A DNA stretch of 64,000 bases from Bacteroidia bacterium (GTDB lineage Bacteria; Bacteroidota; Bacteroidia; 2-12-FULL-35-15). Positions within the stretch are counted from its first letter, which is position 1. The number at the start of each line of letters is the position of its first letter. Position numbers and translations under genes: made by a program. The notes under the pieces were generated by a model. The model had not been told where the DNA came from. It searched no databases and saw nothing but the letters and a program-made list of their open reading frames with translations. Positions 18,616-28,777 of the stretch are shown one piece after another. The DNA lies in assembly GCA_038258655.1 (NCBI GenBank), contig JBBSPS010000001.1, forward strand, positions 7,089 through 71,088, in the 5' to 3' direction.

Positions 18616-19155
18616 TTAAGATGTCTTTATTTTTTTCTCAATTAGTGTTGTAGAATATCCTTCTAAAAATTCTATTGTTTTTACTTCTCCTCCATTTGCT
18701 TTAACATTATCAGAGCCTACAATGTATTTTTTATTTTTCGGATCGGTTATGTTTGCATCATAATCAGCGCCCTTTACAAGTATATATGGCCTGATAAAAT
18801 TAATCAGGTCCAATGGGGTATCCTCATCAAATAAAATTACAGCGCTTACAAAACTTAAAGATGCCAATACCATTGCACGTGATTTTTCGTCTTGTATCGG
18901 GCGTGAATTGCTTTTCCCCAAGCGTTTTACTGAAGCATCGGTATTTACACCAATAATTAATTCATCACCTAAATCAGATGCCTTTGCCAGATAATCAATA
19001 TGTCCCTGATGCAAAATGTCAAAACAGCCATTGGTAAAAACAATCTTATGTTCCTTAAAATGCCATACTAATAAAGGTTTTAACAATGTATCACACGTAA
19101 ATATCTTTGATTGGATAATTTCTATCGCCTGTAATTTTTTTGTAAAGGGGATCAT
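18616..19155 (-). CDS. D-glycero-beta-D-manno-heptose 1-phosphate adenylyltransferase-like cytidylyltransferase (RfaE domain II type)
   Basis: [15 protein letters not shown] nucleotidyltransferase motif; 179 aa. Confidence 0.6.
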   Translation of the reverse strand: MIPFTKKLQAIEIIQSKIFTCDTLLKPLLVWHFKEHKIVFTNGCFDILHQGHIDYLAKASDLGDELIIGVNTDASVKRLGKSNSRPIQDEKSRAMVLASLSFVSAVILFDEDTPLDLINFIRPYILVKGADYDANITDPKNKKYIVGSDNVKANGGEVKTIEFLEGYSTTLIEKKIKTS

Positions 19156-19203
19156 TGGAAATACGTATTACGATTTTAGGTGGACAATTTATTAAATGTA
19201 AAA

Positions 19204-20175
19204 CTATTTTTTGGAACTGAACACTACTTTATTTACCCAGGTTTTCCCCCACTCATTTATTTCATCCGCAGTCCATAACTCTGGATAAAAAATACGTTTT
19301 TGGAAACGTGGTGGTAAATATTTTTGCCAGTTAGTCCCGCCAGTAGCCGCAATATCTTCCGGAGATTTTTGCAAATATCGTACTGCGGATTTATAATGGG
19401 ATAGCGGCCAATTGATATTTACATTCACATCCAACTGGCGCAAAACTGAAATAACCTGCTCATTTTTTTGATCAGTGGCCGGCAAGGATCTATAAAGTGA
19501 TAATAGGTTTTTTTGCTTCAGTTTTTTTGCAAGTTGTATGAACTGCCCAGAATATTTTTTTTCGAACTGAACAAGTGTTAATGTTTTTTTACCTGTCGCA
19601 AGTTCCGTTGCCCCTTCCTTCCAATACAAGTGTTCATACATTTTTTCAATTTGTCCATCATTTATTTCATCAGAAAAATTTTCACGGGCATCTTTAGCAA
19701 CAAGATTTTTGATTGTGGTAGAAGAAATTTCTATCATACGGTATTGCCCTGATTGAAAACCACTTGCAGGCAACAGGCTCATTCGGAATTTTAAAAATTG
19801 TTGGGGATCCATTCCATCCACCATAATATCAAAAGAAGTGATAAGCGCTTCAAAATACCGATTAATGCGGTTGGTACGTTCTATAAAAAATGCAACAGCT
19901 ATGTTTTCTTTTTCCGATAGTTGCTCAAATTCATGCAAACAAAGTTTAAAATACAATTCTGTTATCTGATGATACATGATAAAAATTTCTTCATCCGGAA
20001 TGCTTGTTTTGGGATGTTGCAAACTTAATAGTGTATCCAAATGGATATAATCCCAATAAGTAAGATAATCTGTATGCAATAATCCATCAAGATAGGAAAC
20101 AAGATTTTGTCCCATCGCCTGATATTTTTCATCAAGTAATTTTATGCGTTCGGTAATTTCAGGCGTTAGCTCCAT
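19204..20175 (-). CDS. kynA: Tryptophan 2,3-dioxygenase
   Basis: YWDYIHLDTLLSLQHP and IFIMYHQITELYFKL match the conserved blocks of bacterial TDO. Confidence 0.7.
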   Translation of the reverse strand: MELTPEITERIKLLDEKYQAMGQNLVSYLDGLLHTDYLTYWDYIHLDTLLSLQHPKTSIPDEEIFIMYHQITELYFKLCLHEFEQLSEKENIAVAFFIERTNRINRYFEALITSFDIMVDGMDPQQFLKFRMSLLPASGFQSGQYRMIEISSTTIKNLVAKDARENFSDEINDGQIEKMYEHLYWKEGATELATGKKTLTLVQFEKKYSGQFIQLAKKLKQKNLLSLYRSLPATDQKNEQVISVLRQLDVNVNINWPLSHYKSAVRYLQKSPEDIAATGGTNWQKYLPPRFQKRIFYPELWTADEINEWGKTWVNKVVFSSKK

Positions 20176-20775
20176 GTAGTACTTTTATTTAAACTGTTGC
20201 AAGTTAGCCAAAAGCAGGAAAAATAAAAACAAAATATAAACCCAAAATATCCATAAAGTTCGTAGTTATTATGTTCAACTACTCTTTTAGTCGCATGAAA
20301 ACAGATATAGAAATTTTAGAAGCCAAGAAAGCAAGGTTCTTCTTAATAGAAAGGATAGCCTTGGCAACATGGCTTGTTACTTCCTTTCTCTTAAGAGCCT
20401 ATTACTGCCCTTGCGCTTATCGGTTATTTTTTATTATTGAAGATGAATAGATTGGCGCGCATTATAGAGTTGCATTTCTTTAACGCCATCATTTTGGCCA
20501 TACGGGTTTGTTAAAGTATCCGTAAACTAAAACATGAACTAAAAGAAGAGGGTTTTTATCTGAAAGGATGATTAGAAGGTTGGGTTGTTATATTTCGACA
20601 GTCGCAATCGTTCCTTTCGCTTTATTTATTAGCGTTTACTTGATTTTTTTTGATGTCCTTTGTTTGAACAAATACGGCTGATTTCAATGTATGGCAGCCA
20701 ATAAACGGCTTATCCATATTTATCGCTTTGCTTATTAAAGGAGAAGCTAGTGGAAAGAATAAAGAAATTACAGAG

Positions 20776-20812
20776 TAAAAAAAGTCCCGCAATAAACTGC
20801 GGGAGTTTTTCT
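20776..20812. terminator. Bidirectional Rho-independent terminator
   Basis: AAAAAAAG, TCCCGCA, loop ataaac, TGCGGGA, then GTTTTTC. Flanked by A-run and T-run, so it can function on both strands. Terminates the minus-strand gene ending at 20812. Confidence 0.6.
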
Positions 20813-21636
20813 TATTGCTTGGCAAGGGCGCTTGCAAGGCCGCTATAACTCGTTAATTCCGCTTTTATAGAGCCAACTAATACATCTGCCTGGCCTTTTA
20901 TGAGAATATGATTTTTATCATCGGTAATCCATACATTCAAATCTTCTTCATGTTTAAATACACGCCCTTTTTGCACTATGGGGCGAAACTTTAAACATTT
21001 GAATGTTCCCAGATCAGTTGTTATTGTTTCCCGACAAATAAATTTTATTTTCAAGGGCCATACTTCTTTATCCATAAAACAATTGATTGAATACAGTTCG
21101 CCAGGTATAGCGGCAGACAGATCCAATGCCCTAGCAAAATAAAACGCTGAAAGCATATCTTGCATATTAGGTTCTATATTGAAAATTTCTCCATTACCTA
21201 CATTTACTTTTTGGCTGTAATGATTAAAAATATAATCCTGCTCTATTTTATATCCGCCTTCATTCACGTGTCTTACAAATATCCAAGGAATAATTGATTG
21301 TTCATCAATATATGTTTCATAACGGTCACGTACTTTAAAAAACCAATCAAAAGCTCCTTTGGATTCACCTAAACCAACCACATGGAACGTTTTCCTACCG
21401 CTGATTTCGCGTGCTTCATCGGTAATACCCAATGTTGCTATTCCTGCGTCAATAATACCGTAATGTAAACGAAATATGAGTTGTTCGCCACGTTTAAACG
21501 CTTCATTTTTAAGGACAGGAAGTTCCCTTACGGGGCCATTATTTTCAATTACAGGTAGTTCTTTCTCCGTTCTGAACGATAAACCGCCTATGCCTGCTAT
21601 CGTTATTATAATTCCAATTAAAATAAAATTTTTCAT
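20812..21636 (-). CDS. DUF3108 domain-containing protein
   Basis: Pattern FRLHYGIIDAG...TFHVVG...WFFKVRDRYETYIDE. Likely start is Met36 (MKNFILIG) with a signal/TM segment. Confidence 0.6.
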   Translation of the reverse strand: MKNFILIGIIITIAGIGGLSFRTEKELPVIENNGPVRELPVLKNEAFKRGEQLIFRLHYGIIDAGIATLGITDEAREISGRKTFHVVGLGESKGAFDWFFKVRDRYETYIDEQSIIPWIFVRHVNEGGYKIEQDYIFNHYSQKVNVGNGEIFNIEPNMQDMLSAFYFARALDLSAAIPGELYSINCFMDKEVWPLKIKFICRETITTDLGTFKCLKFRPIVQKGRVFKHEEDLNVWITDDKNHILIKGQADVLVGSIKAELTSYSGLASALAKQ

Positions 21637-21728
21637 GGTCTTAAGAATTGGTTGCCTTTGTATTTCAAACACTATGCCAATGTAATTTATTATACGTATT
21701 CTTAGTAAAACGATTCCTTTTTGAAATT

Positions 21729-22883
21729 TTATATTGTACATAAAATTTCAGCTGCCTTTTCCAAGGTTTCTTCCTTTTTTGCAAAACAAAACCGCAATAC
21801 TTTATTATCAATGGAAGTATTATAAAAAACCGAAATAGGAATGGAGGCAATACCAAATTCTTTTGTTAACCGTATGGCATAATCGGTATCCTTTTCTTTA
21901 CTGATCCCTTTATAATTAAGCAGTTGAAAGTAAGTTCCGGCAGCGGGAATTAGTTCAAACTTTGATCCTTTTATTTGTTTTATAAAATAATCGCGTTTTT
22001 TTTGGTAGAACTTTCCAAGGTCCAAATAATTATTTTTCTTTTTTAAAAATTCCGCCAAAGCATGTTGGATTGGCGTATTGCAGCAAAACACAATAAATTG
22101 ATGGACTTTACGAAACTCCGCCATCAAATTTTTAGGGGCTACACAATAACCTATTTTCCAACCGGTAGCATGGTAGGTCTTTCCAAAGGATGATATGATA
22201 AAACTGCGTTCAGCCAATTTAGGAAAACGTGCCACGCTTTGGTGTTCCTGACCATCAAAAATAATGTGCTCATATACTTCATCACTAATAATGGTAATGT
22301 CAGTGTTTTCAACCAGTTTCTCCAGTTTTGTCATATCGTTGGCAGTTAAAATGCTGCCGGTAGGGTTATGCGGTGTATTTATAATGATCATTTTAGTTCG
22401 ATGATTAATTATTTTTTTCACTTCATCCCAGTCAATAGTATAATTAGGCGCTTTTAACTGTAGATAAATAGTTTTACCTCCGTTTAATTCAATAGCCGGC
22501 TGATAACAATCATATGCAGGTTGAAAAATAACAACCTCATCCCCTTCTCGAACAATAGCTGAAATAGCTGTGTATATACCTTGTGTGGCGCCAGCAGTAA
22601 TAGTTATTTCAGTATCTGGATCATATTTAGCCGAATAAAGTTCTTCTGTTTTTTCAGAGAGTATTTCTCTAAGGCTCATCAAACCAGCCATTGGAGCATA
22701 TTGATTATTGCCAGCCATCATATTTTTATTAATAAGAGCGACTAATTCAGTATCACAATTAAAATCGGGAAAACCCTGAGAAAGGTTAAGAGCGCTATTA
22801 TCAGAGGCTAACTTGCTCATTACAGTAAAAATATTTGTACCAACATTAGGAAGCTTACTGTTTATTAAATTAGGATAATTCAT
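21729..22883 (-). CDS. Pyridoxal-phosphate-dependent aminotransferase (class I/II, methionine aminotransferase-like)
   Basis: LSQGFPDF, NTPHNPTG, and PLP-lysine SFGKTY...GWKIGY. Likely start is Met54 (MNYPNLINSKLPNVGTNIFT). Confidence 0.8.
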   Translation of the reverse strand: MNYPNLINSKLPNVGTNIFTVMSKLASDNSALNLSQGFPDFNCDTELVALINKNMMAGNNQYAPMAGLMSLREILSEKTEELYSAKYDPDTEITITAGATQGIYTAISAIVREGDEVVIFQPAYDCYQPAIELNGGKTIYLQLKAPNYTIDWDEVKKIINHRTKMIIINTPHNPTGSILTANDMTKLEKLVENTDITIISDEVYEHIIFDGQEHQSVARFPKLAERSFIISSFGKTYHATGWKIGYCVAPKNLMAEFRKVHQFIVFCCNTPIQHALAEFLKKKNNYLDLGKFYQKKRDYFIKQIKGSKFELIPAAGTYFQLLNYKGISKEKDTDYAIRLTKEFGIASIPISVFYNTSIDNKVLRFCFAKKEETLEKAAEILCTI

Positions 22884-23200
22884 AAAAAAATAGTTAAAGT
22901 ATGAGTAATATAAGTGTAGGGTAAAAATAGGAAGAAGGTTGAGAAAAACAAAATACCAAGACTGCATAACGTGCGACTTATCTGTCTTTAATTGTTTTGT
23001 ATCTGTTTGTGAAATACAACCGCTAAAAAACCAGAAATACAATGTACTTTATAATATGTATATTCATTGCGTGATATACGGAAAATCAATTATATGGTTT
23101 TAATATATTCAGTTTTTACGATTTAAAAAAATGAATACATTTTAGTACACCAAAAGGAAAACAGATAATTTAATTATAAACAATTTACTTTCCTAGGAAA

Positions 23201-23701
23201 ATGAAAACACTTTATCTTATACGTCATGCTAAATCTGACCATAATGGAAATCTTGACGATATTAATAGGCCATTGAATATACGTGGATACCATGATGCTT
23301 ATGGCATGAGTGATGTAATGAATAAAAAAAAATTCATACCTGATCTGATCATTTCAAGTCCGGCGATAAGGGCATTTTCCACCGCATTGATCTTTTGCAG
23401 GAAGTTTAATATAAACCCTTCAGATATCATTATTAATAGCAATCTCTACGAAACCGATGTAAATCATTACTTGGATATTGTAGCTCATTCTGATGATAAA
23501 TATGACAGTATCATGCTGTTTGCTCACAATCCCACAATCAGCAATTTTGCAAATATCCTGACCAAGCCCTTCAATGACAATATATCTACCTGCGGCATAA
23601 TTGGTATAACAAATAATTGTACGCATTGGAAAAATTTTGCCGATACTATAGGTGAGCTTAAATTGTATGACAGCCCTAAAAATTATTCTAACAAAAGTTA
23701 A
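23201..23701 (+). CDS. Histidine phosphatase family protein (SixA-like)
   Basis: RHAKS catalytic RHG motif at the N-terminus; about 160 aa. Confidence 0.7.
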   Translation: MKTLYLIRHAKSDHNGNLDDINRPLNIRGYHDAYGMSDVMNKKKFIPDLIISSPAIRAFSTALIFCRKFNINPSDIIINSNLYETDVNHYLDIVAHSDDKYDSIMLFAHNPTISNFANILTKPFNDNISTCGIIGITNNCTHWKNFADTIGELKLYDSPKNYSNKS

Positions 23702-23779
23702 ATAATTGTTAATATTCGGCGGAGTTAATGATTGCGTCATTATTTTTTCTGAACTTAACCCCGATAATATGCCACCAAC

Positions 23780-24082
23780 ATGAACAAAAAAACATTGCGC
23801 AAAGAATTAGAACTTAAATTGCTTAAAGGCATTGAAGAAACGCTGATTAAACAAAATTCAATGGTCGGTAAAAATATCCATAAAATTACCCGCCATGCAA
23901 GTAAAACAATTGCCAAAAAATTTTACAAAACAATAAAGGCATCGGATGATAAAAAAACGGCTGCTGCAGCCGGGAAAACTAAAACCTTATCTTCAAAAAT
24001 TTCCGCTAAACCTGCTATCACTCTATCTTCAAAAGCTGTGAAAAAGACCGATACAAAACTGAAATCAAAAAATAAAAAATAA
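23780..24082 (+). CDS. Small lysine-rich basic protein (histone H1-like composition), hypothetical
   Basis: 100 aa with about 28% Lys and an Ala/Lys/Thr/Ser-rich low-complexity tail. Lies 35 nt upstream of ppk1 on the same strand. Confidence 0.4.
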   Translation: MNKKTLRKELELKLLKGIEETLIKQNSMVGKNIHKITRHASKTIAKKFYKTIKASDDKKTAAAAGKTKTLSSKISAKPAITLSSKAVKKTDTKLKSKNKK

Positions 24083-24117
24083 TTTTTGTATTTTGGTCTT
24101 GCAATTATTATTTCATT

Positions 24118-26193
24118 ATGGCAAAGAAAAGTATTGTTTTAATCAATCGCGACCTTAGTTGGCTCTCTTTTAATGAACGCGTTTTACAAGAAGCTACCGA
24201 TAAAACTGTTCCTTTAATTGAACGATTAAAATTTCTTGGTATTTTTTCAAACAATCGCGATGAATTTTTTCGTGTGCGCGTAGCTACTCTTAAACGCGTT
24301 GTTAAACACCAAAAAAAAGCGGAAGAGTTAATGGGAGCCCTCCCCCAACGCTTACTTGATACTATACAAAAAACAGTTATTGAACAGCAAAATATATTTG
24401 AGCGCGTGTATCAAAATATTTTGAAAGAACTTCAAAAACGAAATATTTCCATCATTAATGAAAAACAACTAAGTGCAGAACAAGGTTTATTTGTAAAGGA
24501 ATATTTTCGCGACAAAATAATGCCCAGCCTTTTCCCCATAATGCTTGATAATAACCCCAAATTTCCCTATTTAAAGGGTCAGTCGGGCTACCTTATTATA
24601 AAATTTAGCCGTACAGATAAAAAGAAAAAGATCAAGTACGCTCTTATAGAAATACCAACGGAAACACTTTCAAGGTTTATTGTTTTGCCGAAAGAAAAAG
24701 AAAAAAATTATATTATTTTACTGGATGATGTTATTCGCTATTGTTTAGACATTATTTTTTCAAATTTTGAATACGATTATATTGAAGCTTACAATATAAA
24801 GCTGACAAGGGATGCAGAGATTGATATTGATAATGACATTGCCAAAAGTTTTGTAGAAAAGATTTCAAAAGGATTAAAAGATCGAAAAAAAGGGCAACCG
24901 GTCCGGCTGGTTTATGACAGTGAAATAGCTCCCGATATGCTTGAGTTCATTATGAAAAAAATGAAATTGGGGAAAGAAGATAATCCCATTCCCGGAGGCC
25001 GTTACCATAATTTTAAAGACTTTATTTCTTTTCCGAATATAGGTGAAAGTGAATTGAGTTATAAAAAAATTCCGGCACTTAAACATCCGGATCTAACGGG
25101 CCAGTCAAACATTTTTAAAGTTATCAAAAAGAAGGACGTACTAATAACTTACCCATACCAATCATTTGATCATATAATTGACCTTCTGCGGGAAGCATCC
25201 ATTGACCCAAAAGTACACGCCATAAAAATAACTTTGTATCGTGTCGCAACAAATTCAAACATTGTAAAGGCATTAATCAATGCTGTAAAAAATGGCAAAC
25301 AAGTCACTGCTGTAATTGAAGTGCAGGCCCGTTTTGATGAAGAGTCAAATATATTCTGGGCAAATAAATTGCAGGAAGAAGGGGCAATAGTGATTTACGG
25401 TGTTCCAAAACTTAAAGTTCATTCAAAACTATTTTTGATCTCGCGTAAGGAAGGTGGAAAAATGCATTTGTATGCTCATGTAGGTACCGGGAATTTTAAT
25501 AATGAAACGGCACGCGTTTATACCGATCATAGTTTATTGACCGCTGATAAAAAAATTACAGAGGAGGTACAAAGTGTTTTTGATTTTTATTTTGATAATT
25601 TAAAACGTGCGTCTTTCAAACATTTATTAGTTTCCCCTTTTCATATGCGTAAACGCTTTATGCAACTCATTAGCAAAGAGATCGATAATGCAAAGGCAAA
25701 TAAAAAAGCTCACATCATTTTAAAATTAAATAATTTGGTGGACACTGAAGTGATCAAAAAGTTATACGAAGCAAGCACTGAAGGAGTAAACATAAAATTG
25801 ATAGTACGGGGAATTTGTTCACTGGTAGCCGGAGTAAAAGGGTTGAGTGATAATATTGAAGCAATAAGCATTGTTGATAAATATTTAGAACATAGCCGTG
25901 TGTTCATATTTTGTAATAACGGAGATGAAAAATACTTCATATCTTCGGCAGACTTGATGGCACGCAACCTTGATTATCGTTCTGAAGTAGCTGTTCAAAT
26001 TAATGACAAAAACATACAGCAACAATTGCGGAACATTATTGATATCCTTTGGTCTGATAATACAAAAGCAAGAATATTAGGAAGTAAACAGGATAATGAA
26101 TACCGGAAAATTGCCAGAAATATGAATAAAATACGTGCACAGGAAGCCATTTATAATTTATTAAAATCTAAAAAAAGTAATACTCCAAATTGA
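24118..26193 (+). CDS. ppk: Polyphosphate kinase 1
   Basis: N-terminal LINRDLSWLSFNERVLQEA, PLD-like HSK motifs, 691 aa. Confidence 0.93.
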   Translation: MAKKSIVLINRDLSWLSFNERVLQEATDKTVPLIERLKFLGIFSNNRDEFFRVRVATLKRVVKHQKKAEELMGALPQRLLDTIQKTVIEQQNIFERVYQNILKELQKRNISIINEKQLSAEQGLFVKEYFRDKIMPSLFPIMLDNNPKFPYLKGQSGYLIIKFSRTDKKKKIKYALIEIPTETLSRFIVLPKEKEKNYIILLDDVIRYCLDIIFSNFEYDYIEAYNIKLTRDAEIDIDNDIAKSFVEKISKGLKDRKKGQPVRLVYDSEIAPDMLEFIMKKMKLGKEDNPIPGGRYHNFKDFISFPNIGESELSYKKIPALKHPDLTGQSNIFKVIKKKDVLITYPYQSFDHIIDLLREASIDPKVHAIKITLYRVATNSNIVKALINAVKNGKQVTAVIEVQARFDEESNIFWANKLQEEGAIVIYGVPKLKVHSKLFLISRKEGGKMHLYAHVGTGNFNNETARVYTDHSLLTADKKITEEVQSVFDFYFDNLKRASFKHLLVSPFHMRKRFMQLISKEIDNAKANKKAHIILKLNNLVDTEVIKKLYEASTEGVNIKLIVRGICSLVAGVKGLSDNIEAISIVDKYLEHSRVFIFCNNGDEKYFISSADLMARNLDYRSEVAVQINDKNIQQQLRNIIDILWSDNTKARILGSKQDNEYRKIARNMNKIRAQEAIYNLLKSKKSNTPN

Positions 26194-27089
26194 AATTTGC
26201 AGCAATTGATATAGGCTCCAATGCAGTACGACTATTGTTTTGTAATGTTTACGATGACAATGGCATGATCACTTCAAAAAAAGCCGAGCTAATTCGTGTT
26301 CCAATTCGTTTGGGAGGAGACTCTTTCTCCACCGGAAAAATTTCCGCAAAAAAAATTGACATATTAGTGACCGCGATGAAAGCGTTTAAAAACCTGATCG
26401 AAGTGTATGATGCCATCGATTACCGTGCTTGTGCTACTTCCGCTATGCGCGATGCACAAAACAATTCTGAAATAGTTGAACGTGTTAAAAAAGAAGCGGG
26501 CATACAAATTGAAATTATTGACGGACAAACTGAAGCTGATATTATTTATTCTAATCACATTGAAGAACATTTAGATAAAAACAATAATTATTTATATATT
26601 GATATTGGTGGAGGAAGTACAGAGATTACATTATTCTCAAAAAATAAGGTGGTGGTTTCAAAGTCATTTAATATAGGAACCATTCGAATGTTACATGATC
26701 AGATAAAAAAAGAGTATTGGTCAGATTTTAAAGATTGGGTGAAAGAAACTGCTGCCGACTATAAACCTTTAATAGCGATTGGCTCGGGCGGAAACATTAA
26801 TAAGCTGTTTAAAATGTCGGGCAAAAAATCGAATAAACCTCTATCTGCTGCCAAATTAAAAAGCCTGTGCGAATTAATAGAATCGTACTCTTATGAAGAA
26901 CGCATCCAAGTATTGGGACTAAATCCTGATAGGGCAGATGTAATTATTCCTGCTTCAAAAATTTTACTGAGCGTTTTAAAAAAAGCGGAAATAGAAAAAA
27001 TTATTGTTCCCCAGATCGGCTTGGCAGATGGTATCATACGGCAATTATATGAAAAACACAAAGAAAAAAAATTAACAGAGAAGGTGTAG
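26190..27089 (+). CDS. ppx: Exopolyphosphatase / guanosine pentaphosphate phosphohydrolase family
   Basis: Ppx/GppA fold (AAIDIGSNAVRLL, DIGGGSTE). The TTG start overlaps the ppk TGA. Confidence 0.85.
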   Translation: MKFAAIDIGSNAVRLLFCNVYDDNGMITSKKAELIRVPIRLGGDSFSTGKISAKKIDILVTAMKAFKNLIEVYDAIDYRACATSAMRDAQNNSEIVERVKKEAGIQIEIIDGQTEADIIYSNHIEEHLDKNNNYLYIDIGGGSTEITLFSKNKVVVSKSFNIGTIRMLHDQIKKEYWSDFKDWVKETAADYKPLIAIGSGGNINKLFKMSGKKSNKPLSAAKLKSLCELIESYSYEERIQVLGLNPDRADVIIPASKILLSVLKKAEIEKIIVPQIGLADGIIRQLYEKHKEKKLTEKV

Positions 27090-27096
27090 ATTTTTT

Positions 27097-28542
27097 TCAA
27101 TGCATTCCTATGCGTTGCAAAAAACCTTTTTTATTATATTCTTTTTTATCAACGCCTTTCGCTTCAATTAAATAATAGTAAGTACCATCCATCACATTTT
27201 TCCCATCCCAAGGACTGTTTACATCGCTGGATTCAAATATTTTTTTTCCCCAACGGTCAAATATTTGAATGTTATAGCTTACAAGATTTTTTGTGTTTAC
27301 TAAAAATAGGGGATGAGTTCCACCGGGAGTAAAAACATTTGGAATAAATATCGCAGATGTATCACAAGGGGGAATCATTTTTAAAGTATAGGTGAATAAT
27401 TGTTGCCCCGGAACCGGACAAGATCCATCACCCACGGTAACCTTAAATATATAAGTAGCATTCACGCTCCCGGCTGGTGCTGTCCAGCTCATGGTTGCCA
27501 CCAAAGGATTTTCACCCTTAGTAATAACTGTTGAACCAGGCAATACAGAAGCTATATCCGATAATAATGTAAGTGTATCACCCGCATCAACATCAGTATA
27601 AGTTGCATTAAAAGTAAATGTAGAACCTTCGCATGTTTCAACAGAATAGGAACTTGTTTTATCAGCACCGCTTACAATTGAAATAATACCACCCGAAGCA
27701 TCAGGAATATTATTTGAACAACTTTGAACAACGAATTGAATATCGCGCATCACACTTCCAATGAGTTTCCCATTCTTGTCGTATTCCTGGATCAACACCA
27801 CCACTACAAAACTTCCAATAGTAGTTGGAGTAAAAGTTAATTGCCCTGCATTGTGATCAATTACAATTCCCGGAATAGCCGTTGCAGCCGAATAACCGGC
27901 TGTATATGCAAGAGTTGTCGGCCCAACAGCTCTTGCATCTATAAGTGAATAATATAATGAGTCTCCATCAATTTCTGTTACTTCAAAATTATAGTTTACG
28001 AGTTGATTCACACAAACGTACGGAATAGGTTGTGCAGTAAATGAAGGAGAATTATTACAAAGTGCGGTAACACTATGAAGAGTCGCCTCAACATACGTTC
28101 CATTATTTCCGGGGGTTTGTAAGTTTAAAATAGCGGCATTTCTGCAACAGCTGCCCCAATACATTGTCCATGTATCGCAAGGTGTCGCAAGTGTAACTAC
28201 TCCCGAGTAATGAAACACCTTCATGCCCGGTAATGAGCCACCATTGCAAATACTATTATTAATTTTAGAAGGACATAATTGGGAAATTTCTGTTCCGGAG
28301 GCATTGATAACATTTACTATTGTTGTCGCTATATTACCGCAGGTGCTTGAAAAACGAACTGTTTGTTGTGAATTAAGAACCACTCCCGCAACACAATCAA
28401 CAAATACATTCAAATTGACCTGATATTGATCATTGCCCAAGCAAACATAACTTAGATCAGCTCCGGCAATATGATTAGCCTCGCTGTTGTTTGGAAGCAA
28501 CAAATAAAATATAAGTAAAGTGATGGAAATTATTTTTTTCAT
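27097..28542 (-). CDS. T9SS type B sorting (gliding-motility-associated C-terminal) domain protein
   Basis: Signal peptide. The C-terminal block FTPGG...IQIFDRWGKKIFES...WDGKN..GTYYYLIEA...KGFL matches the type B CTD pattern. Confidence 0.75.
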   Translation of the reverse strand: MKKIISITLLIFYLLLPNNSEANHIAGADLSYVCLGNDQYQVNLNVFVDCVAGVVLNSQQTVRFSSTCGNIATTIVNVINASGTEISQLCPSKINNSICNGGSLPGMKVFHYSGVVTLATPCDTWTMYWGSCCRNAAILNLQTPGNNGTYVEATLHSVTALCNNSPSFTAQPIPYVCVNQLVNYNFEVTEIDGDSLYYSLIDARAVGPTTLAYTAGYSAATAIPGIVIDHNAGQLTFTPTTIGSFVVVVLIQEYDKNGKLIGSVMRDIQFVVQSCSNNIPDASGGIISIVSGADKTSSYSVETCEGSTFTFNATYTDVDAGDTLTLLSDIASVLPGSTVITKGENPLVATMSWTAPAGSVNATYIFKVTVGDGSCPVPGQQLFTYTLKMIPPCDTSAIFIPNVFTPGGTHPLFLVNTKNLVSYNIQIFDRWGKKIFESSDVNSPWDGKNVMDGTYYYLIEAKGVDKKEYNKKGFLQRIGMH

Positions 28543-28552
28543 ACACCTTTTT

Positions 28553-28568
28553 GTTTGCGAAGATAAAA
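28553..28568 (-). promoter_or_regulatory. Conserved box TTTTATCTTCGCAAAC (gene-sense), 10-26 nt upstream of the start codon
   Basis: 15 of 16 nt identical to 42046-42061, which lies upstream of the DUF2723 gene. Confidence 0.3.
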
Positions 28569-28569
28569 C

Positions 28570-28606
28570 TATTTAAGGTAAAAAAAACAGGAAGTGTTTG
28601 TTGAAA
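28570..28606 (-). terminator. Strong Rho-independent terminator after the sigma/anti-sigma operon
   Basis: Perfect 12 bp stem CAGGAAGTGTTT / AAACACTTCCTG with a gttg loop, followed on the minus strand by TTTTTTTT. Confidence 0.65.
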
Positions 28607-28777
28607 CACTTCCTGCTAATAAGAAACACAACCCAGGCATCGGTTACAATACCCGTAATGTTGCAGTGGTGGTAGGGCTAACAACAGGATTGAATATTGT
28701 TGAGTTTCAATTCAGTGTATGACTTCCAAATCAAAACCACTACCGACACCTTTATGGGTTGCGTTAATTTCTGAATA

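Noticed and set aside
20176-20811. Tested the 640 bp gap for tmRNA, RNase P RNA, SRP RNA or tRNA
   Set aside because: No tRNA-like T-arm (GGTTCGAATCC or variants) was seen. No ANDENYALAA-type tag frame was found. No RNase P P4 or AGTCCGGGC-type conserved motifs were found. It is kept only as an unexplained gap.
21637-21741. N-terminal extensions of several track ORFs (DUF3108, aminotransferase, PBP1a, LTXXQ protein, lipoprotein, rnr)
   Set aside because: The upstream in-frame segments are AT-rich open frames lacking homology. Internal Met codons give canonical N-termini or signal peptides, so the shorter starts were used.
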